From positions 1-63,251 of IMG/VR virus record IMGVR_UViG_3300042569_000591: 63,251 nt of DNA; one strand, given 5' to 3'. The DNA is from a virus (Duplodnaviria > Caudoviricetes). Both the position numbers and the translations under genes were made by a program. The notes under the pieces were generated by a model that searched no databases, was not told the origin of the DNA, and was given only the letters and a program-made list of their open reading frames with translations. This document shows, in pieces, positions 15,490-25,513 of the stretch (position 1 is its first letter; every line of letters begins with the position of its first letter).

Positions 15490-17237
15490 GTTTATTAACG
15501 CAGGCCAGTTTAATAGTAACACCAAACGGATACAAAGAGGGCAAACTTTATTCCGTTATTCCTTCAGACGGAAGTGGAGACTTGTCCGTAACAAGAGCAA
15601 CAACTGCAACACGAGTAAACTCTGCTGGGTTAGTTGAGTTAGTGCCATACAATTTGCTTTCATATAGCGAAGATTTTAGCAATTCAATTTGGAATAAGAC
15701 CGCTTTAAGCATTTCTACAAATAGCACAACCGCACCAAACGGAAGCACAACCGCTGACACAATCACAAATAGTTCGTCTTCGGGTATTATTTTACAAACT
15801 TATTCATCCGTCAATACTTCTCAAATAGTTACGCATTCCGTTTATTTGAAGCGTACCAACAATGACTGGGCAGTACTTGCTATTGCTCGAAGTGGTGCAA
15901 CTACTTATGGAGAAATGTATGTTTGGTTTAATTTGTCTACGGGTGTAGTAGGTGGTAACCTACCCGATGGTTCAGCAGTTATTTTAGATACTGAAATTGA
16001 AAATGTCGGGAATGGTTGGTATCGTTGTTCAGTTACTGGATATGTACCGAATGCAGTTGCATATACTGCGTTTATGCTTTACCCTGACGGAAATAATTCT
16101 TTTACAAGGGTTACAGGTCAAAGTGTTTACGCTTGGGGTTCACAACTAAACGAGGGTTCGCTCAAAGACTACCAAAAGACGGAAACACGCCTTAACATCC
16201 CAAGACTTGACTACTCAAACGGAACTTGTCCAAGTTTACTTGTAGAGCCACAGAGAACAAATTTAGTTTATCCAAGTAGTGATTTTTCTACCATTTGGAG
16301 TTTATTAAATTCTGCAACAGTAAGCACCAACCAATCAATAGCACCAGATGGGACTTTAACGGCTGATAAAATCACAACAACAAATTCTGCAAATGCGCTT
16401 TTTAATGTTAATGGTTCTGGAACTACCGCTGCTGACTATACAGTTAGTCTTTTTATTAAGCCAATAAATAACAATTCAGTTGGTTTAGGAATGACAAACG
16501 ATACAACTGGAGAAGCATTTGTTTTAATTAATTTACAAACTGGAGCTGGAACAACAACGCAACAATCGGGCTGGAGTAATGCGTCTTACAAATGGCAACA
16601 ATATGAGAATGGTTGGTATAGAATTTCACTTACTGCAACAAAAGGAGCAAGTGGAAATGCTCGTTTCATACTAAAAGGAAATGCAAGTTCTGAATATTAC
16701 CTATGGGGCGCACAACTTGAAGCTGGAAGCTACCCAACAAGTTACATACCAACTCAAGCGGCTACGGTAACACGAAATGCAGATGTTATTTCAAAGACTG
16801 GTATTAGTTCGCTTATCGGTCAAACGGAGGGGACTTTGTTTGTTGAAGCAATAGTATTAGCACATCAAGATAACAACACTATTTTATCAGTCAATGATGG
16901 TTCATTAAGCGAGTATATGGTCATTAGTGGTAACGCTTCGGGAGAAGTCAATGCGTTTATTTTAGATAGTGGAAATGTATCTTCCGTAATTTCGGGAACA
17001 TATGCAGTAGGAACTACTTTAAAATGTGCTTTAGCTTATAAGACAAACGATGTAGCTTACTATATTAATGGAGTTCAAATAGGGGTTGACACTTCGGTAA
17101 CAATACCAACTACAAGCCAAGTGAATATAGGTAGTCTAAATTTCTTGACTGCACAACTTCAAGGTAATATTAAAGCAGCCGCACTTTGGAAAACTCGCCT
17201 AACGAATACTCAACTCGCCGCGCTCACAAGTTTATAA
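15486..17237 (+). CDS. Head spike fibre protein with two carbohydrate-binding-like repeats and a LamG-like C-terminus
   Basis: Duplicated NL...APNG--TAD...NGWYR...WG-QL unit; PTSYIPT...TRNAD. Confidence 0.8.
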   Translation: MSLLTQASLIVTPNGYKEGKLYSVIPSDGSGDLSVTRATTATRVNSAGLVELVPYNLLSYSEDFSNSIWNKTALSISTNSTTAPNGSTTADTITNSSSSGIILQTYSSVNTSQIVTHSVYLKRTNNDWAVLAIARSGATTYGEMYVWFNLSTGVVGGNLPDGSAVILDTEIENVGNGWYRCSVTGYVPNAVAYTAFMLYPDGNNSFTRVTGQSVYAWGSQLNEGSLKDYQKTETRLNIPRLDYSNGTCPSLLVEPQRTNLVYPSSDFSTIWSLLNSATVSTNQSIAPDGTLTADKITTTNSANALFNVNGSGTTAADYTVSLFIKPINNNSVGLGMTNDTTGEAFVLINLQTGAGTTTQQSGWSNASYKWQQYENGWYRISLTATKGASGNARFILKGNASSEYYLWGAQLEAGSYPTSYIPTQAATVTRNADVISKTGISSLIGQTEGTLFVEAIVLAHQDNNTILSVNDGSLSEYMVISGNASGEVNAFILDSGNVSSVISGTYAVGTTLKCALAYKTNDVAYYINGVQIGVDTSVTIPTTSQVNIGSLNFLTAQLQGNIKAAALWKTRLTNTQLAALTSL

Positions 17238-17238
17238 T

Positions 17239-17943
17239 ATGGCATTAGTTTACATACATATGAAGCCAAGCACACGTGATATTTATTATGTTGGTATTGG
17301 CAATTCAAAAGAACGGGCTTACAGGAATGAGGGTAGAAATTCTCATTGGACTCGAGTTTTTAAAAAGTATGGTAAAATAGTTGATATAATTTCTGATGAC
17401 ATTTCATTAGAAGCCGCTAAACAAATGGAAAAGTTTTTGATTGCTTCAATAGGCGTTGAAAATTTATGTAACCAAACATTAGGTGGCGAAGGAGCTTTTG
17501 GATTGAAACATAGTGATGAAACTAAAAGAAAAATATCAGAAGCGAATAAAGGTAGAATTACTTCACCCGAAACAAAAGCTAAAATATCAGCAAAATCAAA
17601 AGGACATCCTAATTATAATTTAAGCCATACAGAAGAGGCGAAAGCCAAAATGTCAGCAGCCTTTAAAGGTAAAAAAAGGAGTGAGTATTTTTGTGGTCAA
17701 GTAAAAAAATCTAAGCAAGGATATTGCCCAAGCAGACAAGCAATAGAAAACGGTGTTCAAAAAAGAAAAGAAAAAGCGGCTTTAATTATTGAAATAAATA
17801 GTGGTTTCATTGGTAAGATTTGGGATATAGAAAAGCAATTTAATATTGATAGAAGGGCTGTTTATTATAATTGTAAGAAAGAAAAAGAAATTGCAACAAG
17901 AGAATGGAAAGGATTAAACTTTAAAAAATATACAACCCTATAA
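17239..17943 (+). CDS. GIY-YIG-like homing endonuclease with NUMOD3 repeats
   Basis: VYIH...YYVGIG, NQTLGGEG, HSDETKRKIS repeats. Confidence 0.85.
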   Translation: MALVYIHMKPSTRDIYYVGIGNSKERAYRNEGRNSHWTRVFKKYGKIVDIISDDISLEAAKQMEKFLIASIGVENLCNQTLGGEGAFGLKHSDETKRKISEANKGRITSPETKAKISAKSKGHPNYNLSHTEEAKAKMSAAFKGKKRSEYFCGQVKKSKQGYCPSRQAIENGVQKRKEKAALIIEINSGFIGKIWDIEKQFNIDRRAVYYNCKKEKEIATREWKGLNFKKYTTL

Positions 17944-17946
17944 ACT

Positions 17947-18306
17947 ATGGAAAATATATTCAAGCTTACTTATAGCGACAAAGCAACCGCACTCGCAGAC
18001 CTTAAAGCCAAAGGCATACTTGTAGAGGTTGAGTTCAACGGAGAGAAACACGAAGCATACGGAAACGGAGTGCAAGCAGTTGTTGAACTTGGGTTGATTA
18101 TGGTAACCCCACCCGTAATGGATGGAATGGAAATAGTAACCCCACCCGTTTACGCTGACGGTTACCACTATGACGTAATGAGTTCCGAGACATACGACTT
18201 CGGAACAAACTTGGTAGAACCAAAGAACCCGAAACACGCATTTGCAGGTCATTCAATTAAAGAGGAGTTCCCTTATGAGCCAACAATACCAACAGAAGTT
18301 CAGTAA
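17947..18306 (+). CDS. Fibre-associated chaperone-like protein
   Basis: GYHYDVM...PKNPKHAFAG; follows the fibre gene. Confidence 0.6.
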   Translation: MENIFKLTYSDKATALADLKAKGILVEVEFNGEKHEAYGNGVQAVVELGLIMVTPPVMDGMEIVTPPVYADGYHYDVMSSETYDFGTNLVEPKNPKHAFAGHSIKEEFPYEPTIPTEVQ

Positions 18307-18613
18307 TTATGGATCACTATCTCTTGCCGGAACGATCATTCATCAGGCACCAGATAACAATTCATCGGTAGTTAAATCAATACGATTTAACAACTCAGCT
18401 TCTTGCGCAATAACATTGTCTCACTACAACAGCTCAGCGTCTACAACTAGTGTTATATACACAATTAATCTTTCTGCAGGTGACATCATGACGGATACAT
18501 TTCCATTCTATTTAGAGGCTGGAGATAGATTAATTGCTACTCCAACATCTATTGGAACATCATTTACTATAGAAGGAGAGAGTGGTCCAAACTTAGGTGT
18601 TAGATGCAAGTAG
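18275..18613 (+). CDS. Small beta-rich structural protein
   Basis: LEAGD-L pattern; start MSQQ. Confidence 0.65.
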   Translation: MSQQYQQKFSNYGSLSLAGTIIHQAPDNNSSVVKSIRFNNSASCAITLSHYNSSASTTSVIYTINLSAGDIMTDTFPFYLEAGDRLIATPTSIGTSFTIEGESGPNLGVRCK

Positions 18614-19284
18614 TAGATAGATATGGTATTGTTTACGGTGTTGATAGGATTCAGATCAACAGTGCAGATGGAAGGCAAAAGCCATCCTCTATAAACTATG
18701 GTCTTTTTACTCAAACATCTAGGAGTGTTCCAGTAACAAATACAACTCAGGAGCAGTCATTAATATATGTAAACTTTGAAACAAGAGTAGACAACGATGG
18801 TGGTGTTACCGAGTCGATGTCTTGCATGGATCCAAGTTTAAGATATTACGGAAGCGTTGGTGGATTATCTGTACCTGCAAATACATTCCGAGTCGGAGAT
18901 AGCTTCTTTGCGGTTGCTACAGGATATTTATCAGCTGTAAACAATCACACGCTACAAATAAGAATTAAGAGTGATGGTGTAGTACTTGCTGATACAGGTG
19001 TTATAAGCATGTCTTCTGCTACAAATAAACATTGGAAATTAGACATCTATTTCACTGTTAGAACGTTAGGAGGTCCAGGAGTAGCTTCAATTGCAACAGG
19101 AGGGACATTTGTTTACACAAAAGATGCTTCTAATTCATTTGAAGGTACTAATTTTAGTACTGAAACATTCACTGGGTTTGACACCACTATTGACAATACG
19201 TTAGTAGTTACTGCTCAATGGGGGACAGCAAGTACAGGAGATATAATTTCAAGTCAAGTATTTACGCTTACAAAAACATTCTAA
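18604..19284 (+). CDS. Structural/fibre-like protein
   Basis: Beta-rich; VPANTF-VGD and FDTT-DNTL-VTAQW. Confidence 0.7.
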   Translation: MQVVDRYGIVYGVDRIQINSADGRQKPSSINYGLFTQTSRSVPVTNTTQEQSLIYVNFETRVDNDGGVTESMSCMDPSLRYYGSVGGLSVPANTFRVGDSFFAVATGYLSAVNNHTLQIRIKSDGVVLADTGVISMSSATNKHWKLDIYFTVRTLGGPGVASIATGGTFVYTKDASNSFEGTNFSTETFTGFDTTIDNTLVVTAQWGTASTGDIISSQVFTLTKTF

Positions 19285-19709
19285 TGCGATATATAATTAT
19301 AGCTCTATTACTAGCTTCATGTAGTCCTACTAAGCGCTTTACACGCCTTATTACTAAATACCCGTATCTAATCACTACAGACACTGTAGTGGTAAGAGAC
19401 ACTATTACCCTATATGTGCCTGAGGTAAAGGTAGACACTATAGTGACAATTAAAGAACTTACTGACACAATTACCATAACTAAAGACAGAGTAACTGTAA
19501 AGGCTTGGTATGTGCCAAAAGAGAAGAAAGTTTATATACAAGGCAAGTGTGATCCTATATACATAACAAAAATAGTGGATCGTAAAATACCCGTGAAGTA
19601 CTACGAGAAGTACCCATGGTGGAAGAAGCTGGTCAACAACTTGTTGGCTTTTTTAATTATCTTTGCTATAGTCTATACAGGCTATAGATTATACAAGAAG
19701 TTATTATGA
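19284..19709 (+). CDS. Lipoprotein with C-terminal TM; candidate unimolecular spanin
   Basis: Lipobox LLLASC, DT-repeat beta region, C-terminal TM; next to holin and endolysin. Confidence 0.65.
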   Translation: MRYIIIALLLASCSPTKRFTRLITKYPYLITTDTVVVRDTITLYVPEVKVDTIVTIKELTDTITITKDRVTVKAWYVPKEKKVYIQGKCDPIYITKIVDRKIPVKYYEKYPWWKKLVNNLLAFLIIFAIVYTGYRLYKKLL

Positions 19710-20149
19710 AAACCAACGCACTTATTATTTTGTCTGGCATTGTTACAATTCTCGCACCGGTAGGACCGTTGCTAACCATAGCTTTAATTTCAATAGGACT
19801 AGATGTGTGTTTTGGCGTATGGCGGTCATACAAAAAACGTGAGGATCAGGAGGCAAAATTTTGGGATGTGGTCCAAAGCCAACGTTTATATGCTACAGCA
19901 GTTAAGTCTGCTATTTACGCGGCAGCAATCACATTCTTTTTCTTGGTAGAAAAGTACATCGCAGGTGATATCATATCACACTTTATATCAATAGAGCTCT
20001 TACTTACAAAGGCAGTGGCTCTATTTTTTGTATTCATAGAAGTAAAGAGTATGAATGAGAGCTATAAAGACGTCACAGGTAAAGATATACTAGCTGCATT
20101 TAGAAAGTTCATTACAGGGCTTAAATTAGAAAGTGACAAATGGCGGTAA
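19706..20149 (+). CDS. Holin
   Basis: Several TM segments; IE-KS-NE motif. Confidence 0.75.
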   Translation: MKTNALIILSGIVTILAPVGPLLTIALISIGLDVCFGVWRSYKKREDQEAKFWDVVQSQRLYATAVKSAIYAAAITFFFLVEKYIAGDIISHFISIELLLTKAVALFFVFIEVKSMNESYKDVTGKDILAAFRKFITGLKLESDKWR

Positions 20150-20721
20150 GGTCTTATAAGGATAAGCAATTACTTGACAAGGTAAAGTCTCTATCTAATT
20201 ACAAAGAGATACCAAAAGGCTATTGGCTTCTTGGTGTCAGATCTAACGAGGATACTCCAAATATATTTGATGATAAGATCTATTTATTTAAGGGTGAAGA
20301 GTTTGTTTTGGTTACGTCGGCAACGACTAACCCAGGAACGCCAACGCTTAAACAATTTGAAAAAGTCAACAAAGCAGGAGCCGCAGTTCTCAAATCAGAC
20401 GTATGGTATTATAATCTCTGGAAGTATGGAAGGCACAATGGAAAGATTGAAGCATTGCTACAAATCGGAAACTCAGTGCAAGTATATAGAGACAAAGACA
20501 AAGATTCAAAAGCAGAAGAACAAGGAGAGCTTCAGAAAGGTTATTTTGGTATTAATTTTCATCCTAATACATACGACATAGCTGCAGATAATACTGGAGC
20601 AACTATTGGCTGGTTTTCGGCAGGGTGTCAAGTAGTTAATGATATGTCAAAATACAGAGAAATTATTAAGCTTGTTAAGGTGGAAAAATTTGTTTCTTAC
20701 TGTTTAATAAAGGAGTTTTAA
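20140..20721 (+). CDS. Putative endolysin (His/Cys peptidase, YkuD-like motif)
   Basis: GVRS...FDD...TTNPG...GINFH...SAGCQV; follows the holin. Confidence 0.7.
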   Translation: MAVRSYKDKQLLDKVKSLSNYKEIPKGYWLLGVRSNEDTPNIFDDKIYLFKGEEFVLVTSATTNPGTPTLKQFEKVNKAGAAVLKSDVWYYNLWKYGRHNGKIEALLQIGNSVQVYRDKDKDSKAEEQGELQKGYFGINFHPNTYDIAADNTGATIGWFSAGCQVVNDMSKYREIIKLVKVEKFVSYCLIKEF

Positions 20722-21278
20722 TGTTTTACATATATACTCATCTTCATCCTGAATCAGGAATACCATTTTACATTGGAAAAGGAACTAATAACAGACTAAA
20801 ATCTAAAAAATACAGAAATGATTTCTGGAGTAAAGTTGTATTAAAGTATGGATTTGATCCTGTTATTATAGAAGATGGTTTAACTGAGGAAGAATCTTTT
20901 AATCGTGAGATTTATTGGATTGATAGAATAGGTCTATATAAAAATGGAGGTACATTAGTAAATATTTGCAGCGGTGGTATCGGCGGAGATACTATATCAA
21001 ACCATCCAGATAGGGAAAATATCATAAACAAAATAAAAGAATCTTTAGCAAAAAGACCAAATGCTAATTTGGGTGGAAAATTATGCACTAAAGAATGGAG
21101 GGAGAAACAATCTGCATCTCAAAGTAAAATACAATTAAAAGTAACAGACACATTAACCGGTCAAGTTATGTATTTTAATAATTCTAAAGATTGTGCAAAA
21201 GCTTTAAATGCTAAACATTCTAATGTTAGAACTTGCAAGGGTAAATACAAGCTAATGAGAAGATATATAATTGAGTAA
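20721..21278 (+). CDS. GIY-YIG-like homing endonuclease
   Basis: YIYTH...PFYIGKG...R...E-YWI...LVN---GG-GG. Confidence 0.8.
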   Translation: MFYIYTHLHPESGIPFYIGKGTNNRLKSKKYRNDFWSKVVLKYGFDPVIIEDGLTEEESFNREIYWIDRIGLYKNGGTLVNICSGGIGGDTISNHPDRENIINKIKESLAKRPNANLGGKLCTKEWREKQSASQSKIQLKVTDTLTGQVMYFNNSKDCAKALNAKHSNVRTCKGKYKLMRRYIIE

Positions 21279-21289
21279 AATAATTTTAG

Positions 21290-21297
21290 TAAATTTG
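21290..21297 (+). promoter_or_regulatory. -7 element TAAATTTG, 4 nt before an ATG
   Basis: TAnnTTTG. Confidence 0.65.
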
Positions 21298-21301
21298 CTA
21301 C

Positions 21302-21433
21302 ATGAAGAAGAACGAGTCTACATCAATCGTAAAGGTTAAGGTAAGTCGACCAGGTGTCCATGCAAAGTGCAAGACGTCTAAGTTGAAGTCTTCTAAGAAT
21401 TATAAAAAACAAAATAGAGGTCAAGGACGATGA
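21302..21433 (+). CDS. 43-aa basic protein (RPGVHAK...KNYKKQNRGQG type)
   Basis: Hand translation; ATGA overlap with the next gene. Confidence 0.75.
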   Translation: MKKNESTSIVKVKVSRPGVHAKCKTSKLKSSKNYKKQNRGQGR

Positions 21434-22023
21434 AAATACAGAACTATACAACAGATCAGCCTGCTTTAAATGATATATTATTAGGAAGCAATACTTCTGA
21501 AAATAATAGCACTGCGAACTTTAGAGTTAGTGACCTACTGGCTTTAAATAATGGTTCTATATTTAAGTTTGATGACATGGTCGGTGGCGCCTTGACGGGC
21601 ACAGGTACCGACATTAAGGTCTCAAGCGTATTAATACCAGGTGATAGTCTTTCATCAGATTGCACTCTTAATGTAAACTTTAGATTCGTAAAGTCAGATG
21701 TAGCAATAACAAACTCTATTATTAAACTTTACGTAAATACTGTGGACTCAATTACAGGTGCATCAGTGTTAGGTACAGTAAATATAACGTCTACATCAAA
21801 CAGAGCTTCTTCATTTTCTAGGAACTTTTACATAAAGAGTGGCGCTATTAGAGGATTAATCTTTACAGCGTCCTCTCTTTCAGACGAAACTGAGATTAAC
21901 TTTGTAGATAGTTCTTTAAATATTGATGTAAACTCAAACTTATACTTCATGGTGGCTGTAACTAATTCAGCATCTACATCAACTTTAACCGTTCCTTATT
22001 CAAGGTACTTAATTTACAGATAA
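21430..22023 (+). CDS. Structural/fibre-like protein
   Basis: MKIQNY...D-LLG...TANF N-terminus; beta-rich. Confidence 0.7.
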   Translation: MKIQNYTTDQPALNDILLGSNTSENNSTANFRVSDLLALNNGSIFKFDDMVGGALTGTGTDIKVSSVLIPGDSLSSDCTLNVNFRFVKSDVAITNSIIKLYVNTVDSITGASVLGTVNITSTSNRASSFSRNFYIKSGAIRGLIFTASSLSDETEINFVDSSLNIDVNSNLYFMVAVTNSASTSTLTVPYSRYLIYR

Positions 22024-22033
22024 TTTAAATAAA

Positions 22034-22273
22034 ATGTCAAATAAAATCACACAAGAAGAACTCGACGCGTTAGTAAATGCGAATCGAGTTTACAGAGATC
22101 TAAAATTTAAGGTAGCAGATATTGAAATGAATATCCACCACCTAAACACACACAAAGGTCTAACAATTAGTCAGCTAGAAGATGCTACCAAAGGACTTGC
22201 TCAAGAGCAGCAAGCTATCTTTGATAAGTATGGCGACGTCAGTGTAAATCTACAAACAGGTGAATATAATTAG
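22034..22273 (+). CDS. Small coiled-coil protein
   Basis: KYGDVSVNLQTGE C-terminus. Confidence 0.7.
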   Translation: MSNKITQEELDALVNANRVYRDLKFKVADIEMNIHHLNTHKGLTISQLEDATKGLAQEQQAIFDKYGDVSVNLQTGEYN

Positions 22274-22481
22274 AAAAATTTCCATTGGTCCTGACTATAT
22301 GAAGTGCATGCACTATATGGTAGGCCAAGAGGTGCTAGATCGCACTTGGACTATCGACACTATCAGAGTCGAGGATGATAATGCTATTCGTATCTACATC
22401 AAAAAGAACGGAGAGATTATCAAGTGGAAGTCTTTTTCTAATACAATGCCTATCTCTATTGAGTATAAAATAGATTACTAA
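22260..22481 (+). CDS. Hypothetical protein
   Basis: IRKISIG-DY--MHY-VGQ motif. Confidence 0.75.
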   Translation: MNIIRKISIGPDYMKCMHYMVGQEVLDRTWTIDTIRVEDDNAIRIYIKKNGEIIKWKSFSNTMPISIEYKIDY

Positions 22482-23038
22482 TGAAATCACCATACTGCTT
22501 CATCATCAAACCAGTTGGTCAGAGGCGGTACGATAACATAAAGAAATTCGGTGATACCGAATTCTACATCAGTTCCTCCCAAGAAGACCATAAGACATCT
22601 AACCGCCACGCTGAGGTGGTTGCAGTCCCTATTTACTATGATGGTCCAGTTAAACCTGGAGATGTAGTTCTTGTGCACCACAATGTGTTCAAGTTCTACT
22701 ATGACATGAAGGGCCGTCAGAAGAGTAGCTGGAATTTTATAATGGATGACTTATTCTTAGCTGAGCTTGATCAGGTCTATATGTTTAAGAGAGATGACAA
22801 GTGGAATGCCGTAGATCCTTTTATCTTTATCAGACCAATACCAAGTGAAGATAAGGTGATCAGCACGCTAGGATCGCTTGAGGAGATGTGGGGTGAGGTT
22901 GTGTATAAGACACCTACACTGACAGATGTCAGCGTTGGCGACACAGTATCATTCACACCTGATAGTGAGTATGAGTTTAGGATAGATGATGAGGTTCTTT
23001 ACCGAATGTATAACAAGAACATATGTCTAAAAAGATAG
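22481..23038 (+). CDS. Tandem GroES-like domain protein
   Basis: Two FII-P...V--GD-V units. Confidence 0.55.
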   Translation: MKSPYCFIIKPVGQRRYDNIKKFGDTEFYISSSQEDHKTSNRHAEVVAVPIYYDGPVKPGDVVLVHHNVFKFYYDMKGRQKSSWNFIMDDLFLAELDQVYMFKRDDKWNAVDPFIFIRPIPSEDKVISTLGSLEEMWGEVVYKTPTLTDVSVGDTVSFTPDSEYEFRIDDEVLYRMYNKNICLKR

Positions 23039-23304
23039 AGATTGTAGAGGCAGCCAAGCAGGCAATAGATGAGTTGATAAAGGTGCTAAAGTCACCTATC
23101 ATCACTCACGCTGAGGATGACATATCTGCAGACAAGATGAAGAACGCTGCATCAGCTAAACGTTTGGCTTTTGAGGATGCTATGTATATGCTCAACAAGA
23201 TTGAGGAGGAAGAGAACAAGGCATCTGAAACACCCGTTGCTGAAGTAACGTTAGGAAAGTCAGGATTCGCTGAGGGCAGAGCTAAAGCTAAAAATGGAAA
23301 ATAG
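23023..23304 (+). CDS. terS: Putative terminase small subunit
   Basis: Helical; KNAASAKRLAFEDA; immediately upstream of TerL. Confidence 0.55.
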   Translation: MSKKIEIVEAAKQAIDELIKVLKSPIITHAEDDISADKMKNAASAKRLAFEDAMYMLNKIEEEENKASETPVAEVTLGKSGFAEGRAKAKNGK

Positions 23305-25513
23305 TTTATATAAAGTCCTTAAGGATCACCTACACAGATCGGTAATTGTGACAAAGAACAAGCACAAGTCTTGGGCTTATGGTTACAATAAAGAGTATGA
23401 CATCATTGTTATATCAAAGGACGGAACTGTAGGAGATATCTACGAGATAAACAACTTAAAGATTGCACTACCTGCCATACCTAAAGAAGTAGAGAGCAGA
23501 GACAACAGATGGCAACCAATAGAATACCCTGCCGAGCTTCAGAAGATTAAGTCAATATTTGATTGGAACCGTAGAGATAATGTGTTCAAGTTGAAGTATG
23601 TCGACATGATCGAGACTGAGTTTGAGCGACGTGAGCAAGGATATTGGTTTATGAATAATGGTGAGCCTACCTACATGACGGGTACTCACTACATGTATCT
23701 TCAGTGGACTAAGATTGACATCGGTCTACCTGACTTCCGTGAGTCCAACCGGATATTCTATATATTCTGGGAGGCATGCAAGGCTGACAACAGATCTTTT
23801 GGTATGTGCTACCTAAAGAACCGTCGTTCAGGTTTCTCATTTATGTCATCTGCCGAGACGTCCAATACAGGTACAATTGTAAGAGATGCTAGACTTGGTA
23901 TTTTATCTAAAACTGGTTCTGATGCTAAAAAAATGTTTACTGATAAGGTTGTACCTATAGTAAGAAATTACCCCTTCTTTTTCAAGCCGATCCAGGATGG
24001 TATGGACAACCCGAAGACGGAGTTGGCCTTCCGGGTTCCTGCGAGTAAGATCACTCGTAAGAATATGGATGAGGAGCGCGATGATGATATAGAGGGGCTA
24101 GATACTACCATCGACTGGAAGAACACTGCAGACAACAGCTATGATGGTGAGAAGCTTCTTTTACTAGTTCACGATGAGAGTGGTAAGTGGGAGAAGCCAG
24201 AGAACATTCTAAATAACTGGCGTGTAACTAAGACATGTCTTAGATTGGGGTCTAAAATTATTGGAAAGTGCATGATGGGTTCAACATCAAATGCGTTGAG
24301 CAAGGGTGGTGAGAACTTTAAGAGGCTATATTACGATAGTGAACCTACCAAGAGATCTGCCAACGGTCAGACTAAATCAGGTTTATATTCTTTGTTTATT
24401 CCAATGGAGTGGAATATGGAAGGATTTATTGACGAGTATGGTTGGCCAGTATTTGATGATCCAAAGAAACCTGTGAAAGGTATCGATGGAGAGGATATAA
24501 CTATGGGTGTCATCACCTATTGGAATAATGAGGTTGCTGCGATGAAGTCAGACTCTGACGCACTCAACGAATACTATCGTCAGTTCCCTAGGACTGAGTC
24601 TCACGCGTTCCGTGATGAGAGTAAGTCATCTTTATTCAACCTAACAAAGATATATCAGCAGATCGACTACAATGACTCCATGATTAAAGATAGAGTATTG
24701 ACTCGTGGTTATTTCCATTGGAAGAATGGTGAGCAAGACAGTGAAGTAATTTGGACGCCTGATCCAAAGGGCAGGTTCTTGGTATCTTGGATACCCGACC
24801 AGAATATGCGCAACAACGTCATTAAGAAGGATGGTAAGTTCTATCCCGGCAATAAAGATATTGGTGTGTTTGGGTGTGACCCTTATGACATATCCGGTGT
24901 AGTTGGAGGAGGTGGGTCCGCTGGTGCGCTACATGGAATCACTCAATTCCATATGCAGAACGCTCCAACAAATCACTTTTTTTTAGAGTATATTGCTCGT
25001 CCTCAGACTGCTGAGATATTTTTTGAAGAGGTGCTGATGGCTTGTTTCTTTTATGGCATGCCTATCCTTGTAGAGAATAATAAGCAGCGTTTGCTGTACC
25101 ATTTTAAGAATAGAGGTTATCGTCAATTTTCATTAAATAGACCTGATAAACACATATCAAAGTTATCAAAAACAGAGCTTGAATTAGGTGGTATTCCAAA
25201 CTCTTCAGAGGATGTAAAACACGCGCATGCTAATAGTATCAACACTTACATTGAAGAATACGTTGGAATTGACGCAGACGGTAATTATCGAGAAAAAGAT
25301 AGTATGGGTGATATGTACTTTACCAAAACTTTAGAAGATTGGGCTCGATTTGATATAAACAACAGGACAAAACATGATGCCTCAATTAGTTCTGGATTAG
25401 CATTAATGGCATCTAGAAAACACCTATTTATACCTGTTAAACAGGAATCTAAAATAAGTGTTAAATTTGTAAGATATAAGAATACTGGCATAAGAAGCGA
25501 AATTATCGAATAA
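23294..25513 (+). CDS. terL: Terminase large subunit
   Basis: KNRRSGFS Walker A, LLVHDE Walker B, GST coupling motif, GCDPYD nuclease motif. Confidence 0.93.
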   Translation: MENSLYKVLKDHLHRSVIVTKNKHKSWAYGYNKEYDIIVISKDGTVGDIYEINNLKIALPAIPKEVESRDNRWQPIEYPAELQKIKSIFDWNRRDNVFKLKYVDMIETEFERREQGYWFMNNGEPTYMTGTHYMYLQWTKIDIGLPDFRESNRIFYIFWEACKADNRSFGMCYLKNRRSGFSFMSSAETSNTGTIVRDARLGILSKTGSDAKKMFTDKVVPIVRNYPFFFKPIQDGMDNPKTELAFRVPASKITRKNMDEERDDDIEGLDTTIDWKNTADNSYDGEKLLLLVHDESGKWEKPENILNNWRVTKTCLRLGSKIIGKCMMGSTSNALSKGGENFKRLYYDSEPTKRSANGQTKSGLYSLFIPMEWNMEGFIDEYGWPVFDDPKKPVKGIDGEDITMGVITYWNNEVAAMKSDSDALNEYYRQFPRTESHAFRDESKSSLFNLTKIYQQIDYNDSMIKDRVLTRGYFHWKNGEQDSEVIWTPDPKGRFLVSWIPDQNMRNNVIKKDGKFYPGNKDIGVFGCDPYDISGVVGGGGSAGALHGITQFHMQNAPTNHFFLEYIARPQTAEIFFEEVLMACFFYGMPILVENNKQRLLYHFKNRGYRQFSLNRPDKHISKLSKTELELGGIPNSSEDVKHAHANSINTYIEEYVGIDADGNYREKDSMGDMYFTKTLEDWARFDINNRTKHDASISSGLALMASRKHLFIPVKQESKISVKFVRYKNTGIRSEIIE

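Noticed and set aside
17239-21278. Group I introns around the endonuclease genes
   Set aside because: Flanking genes look intact and gaps are 0-3 nt, leaving no room for a ribozyme core.
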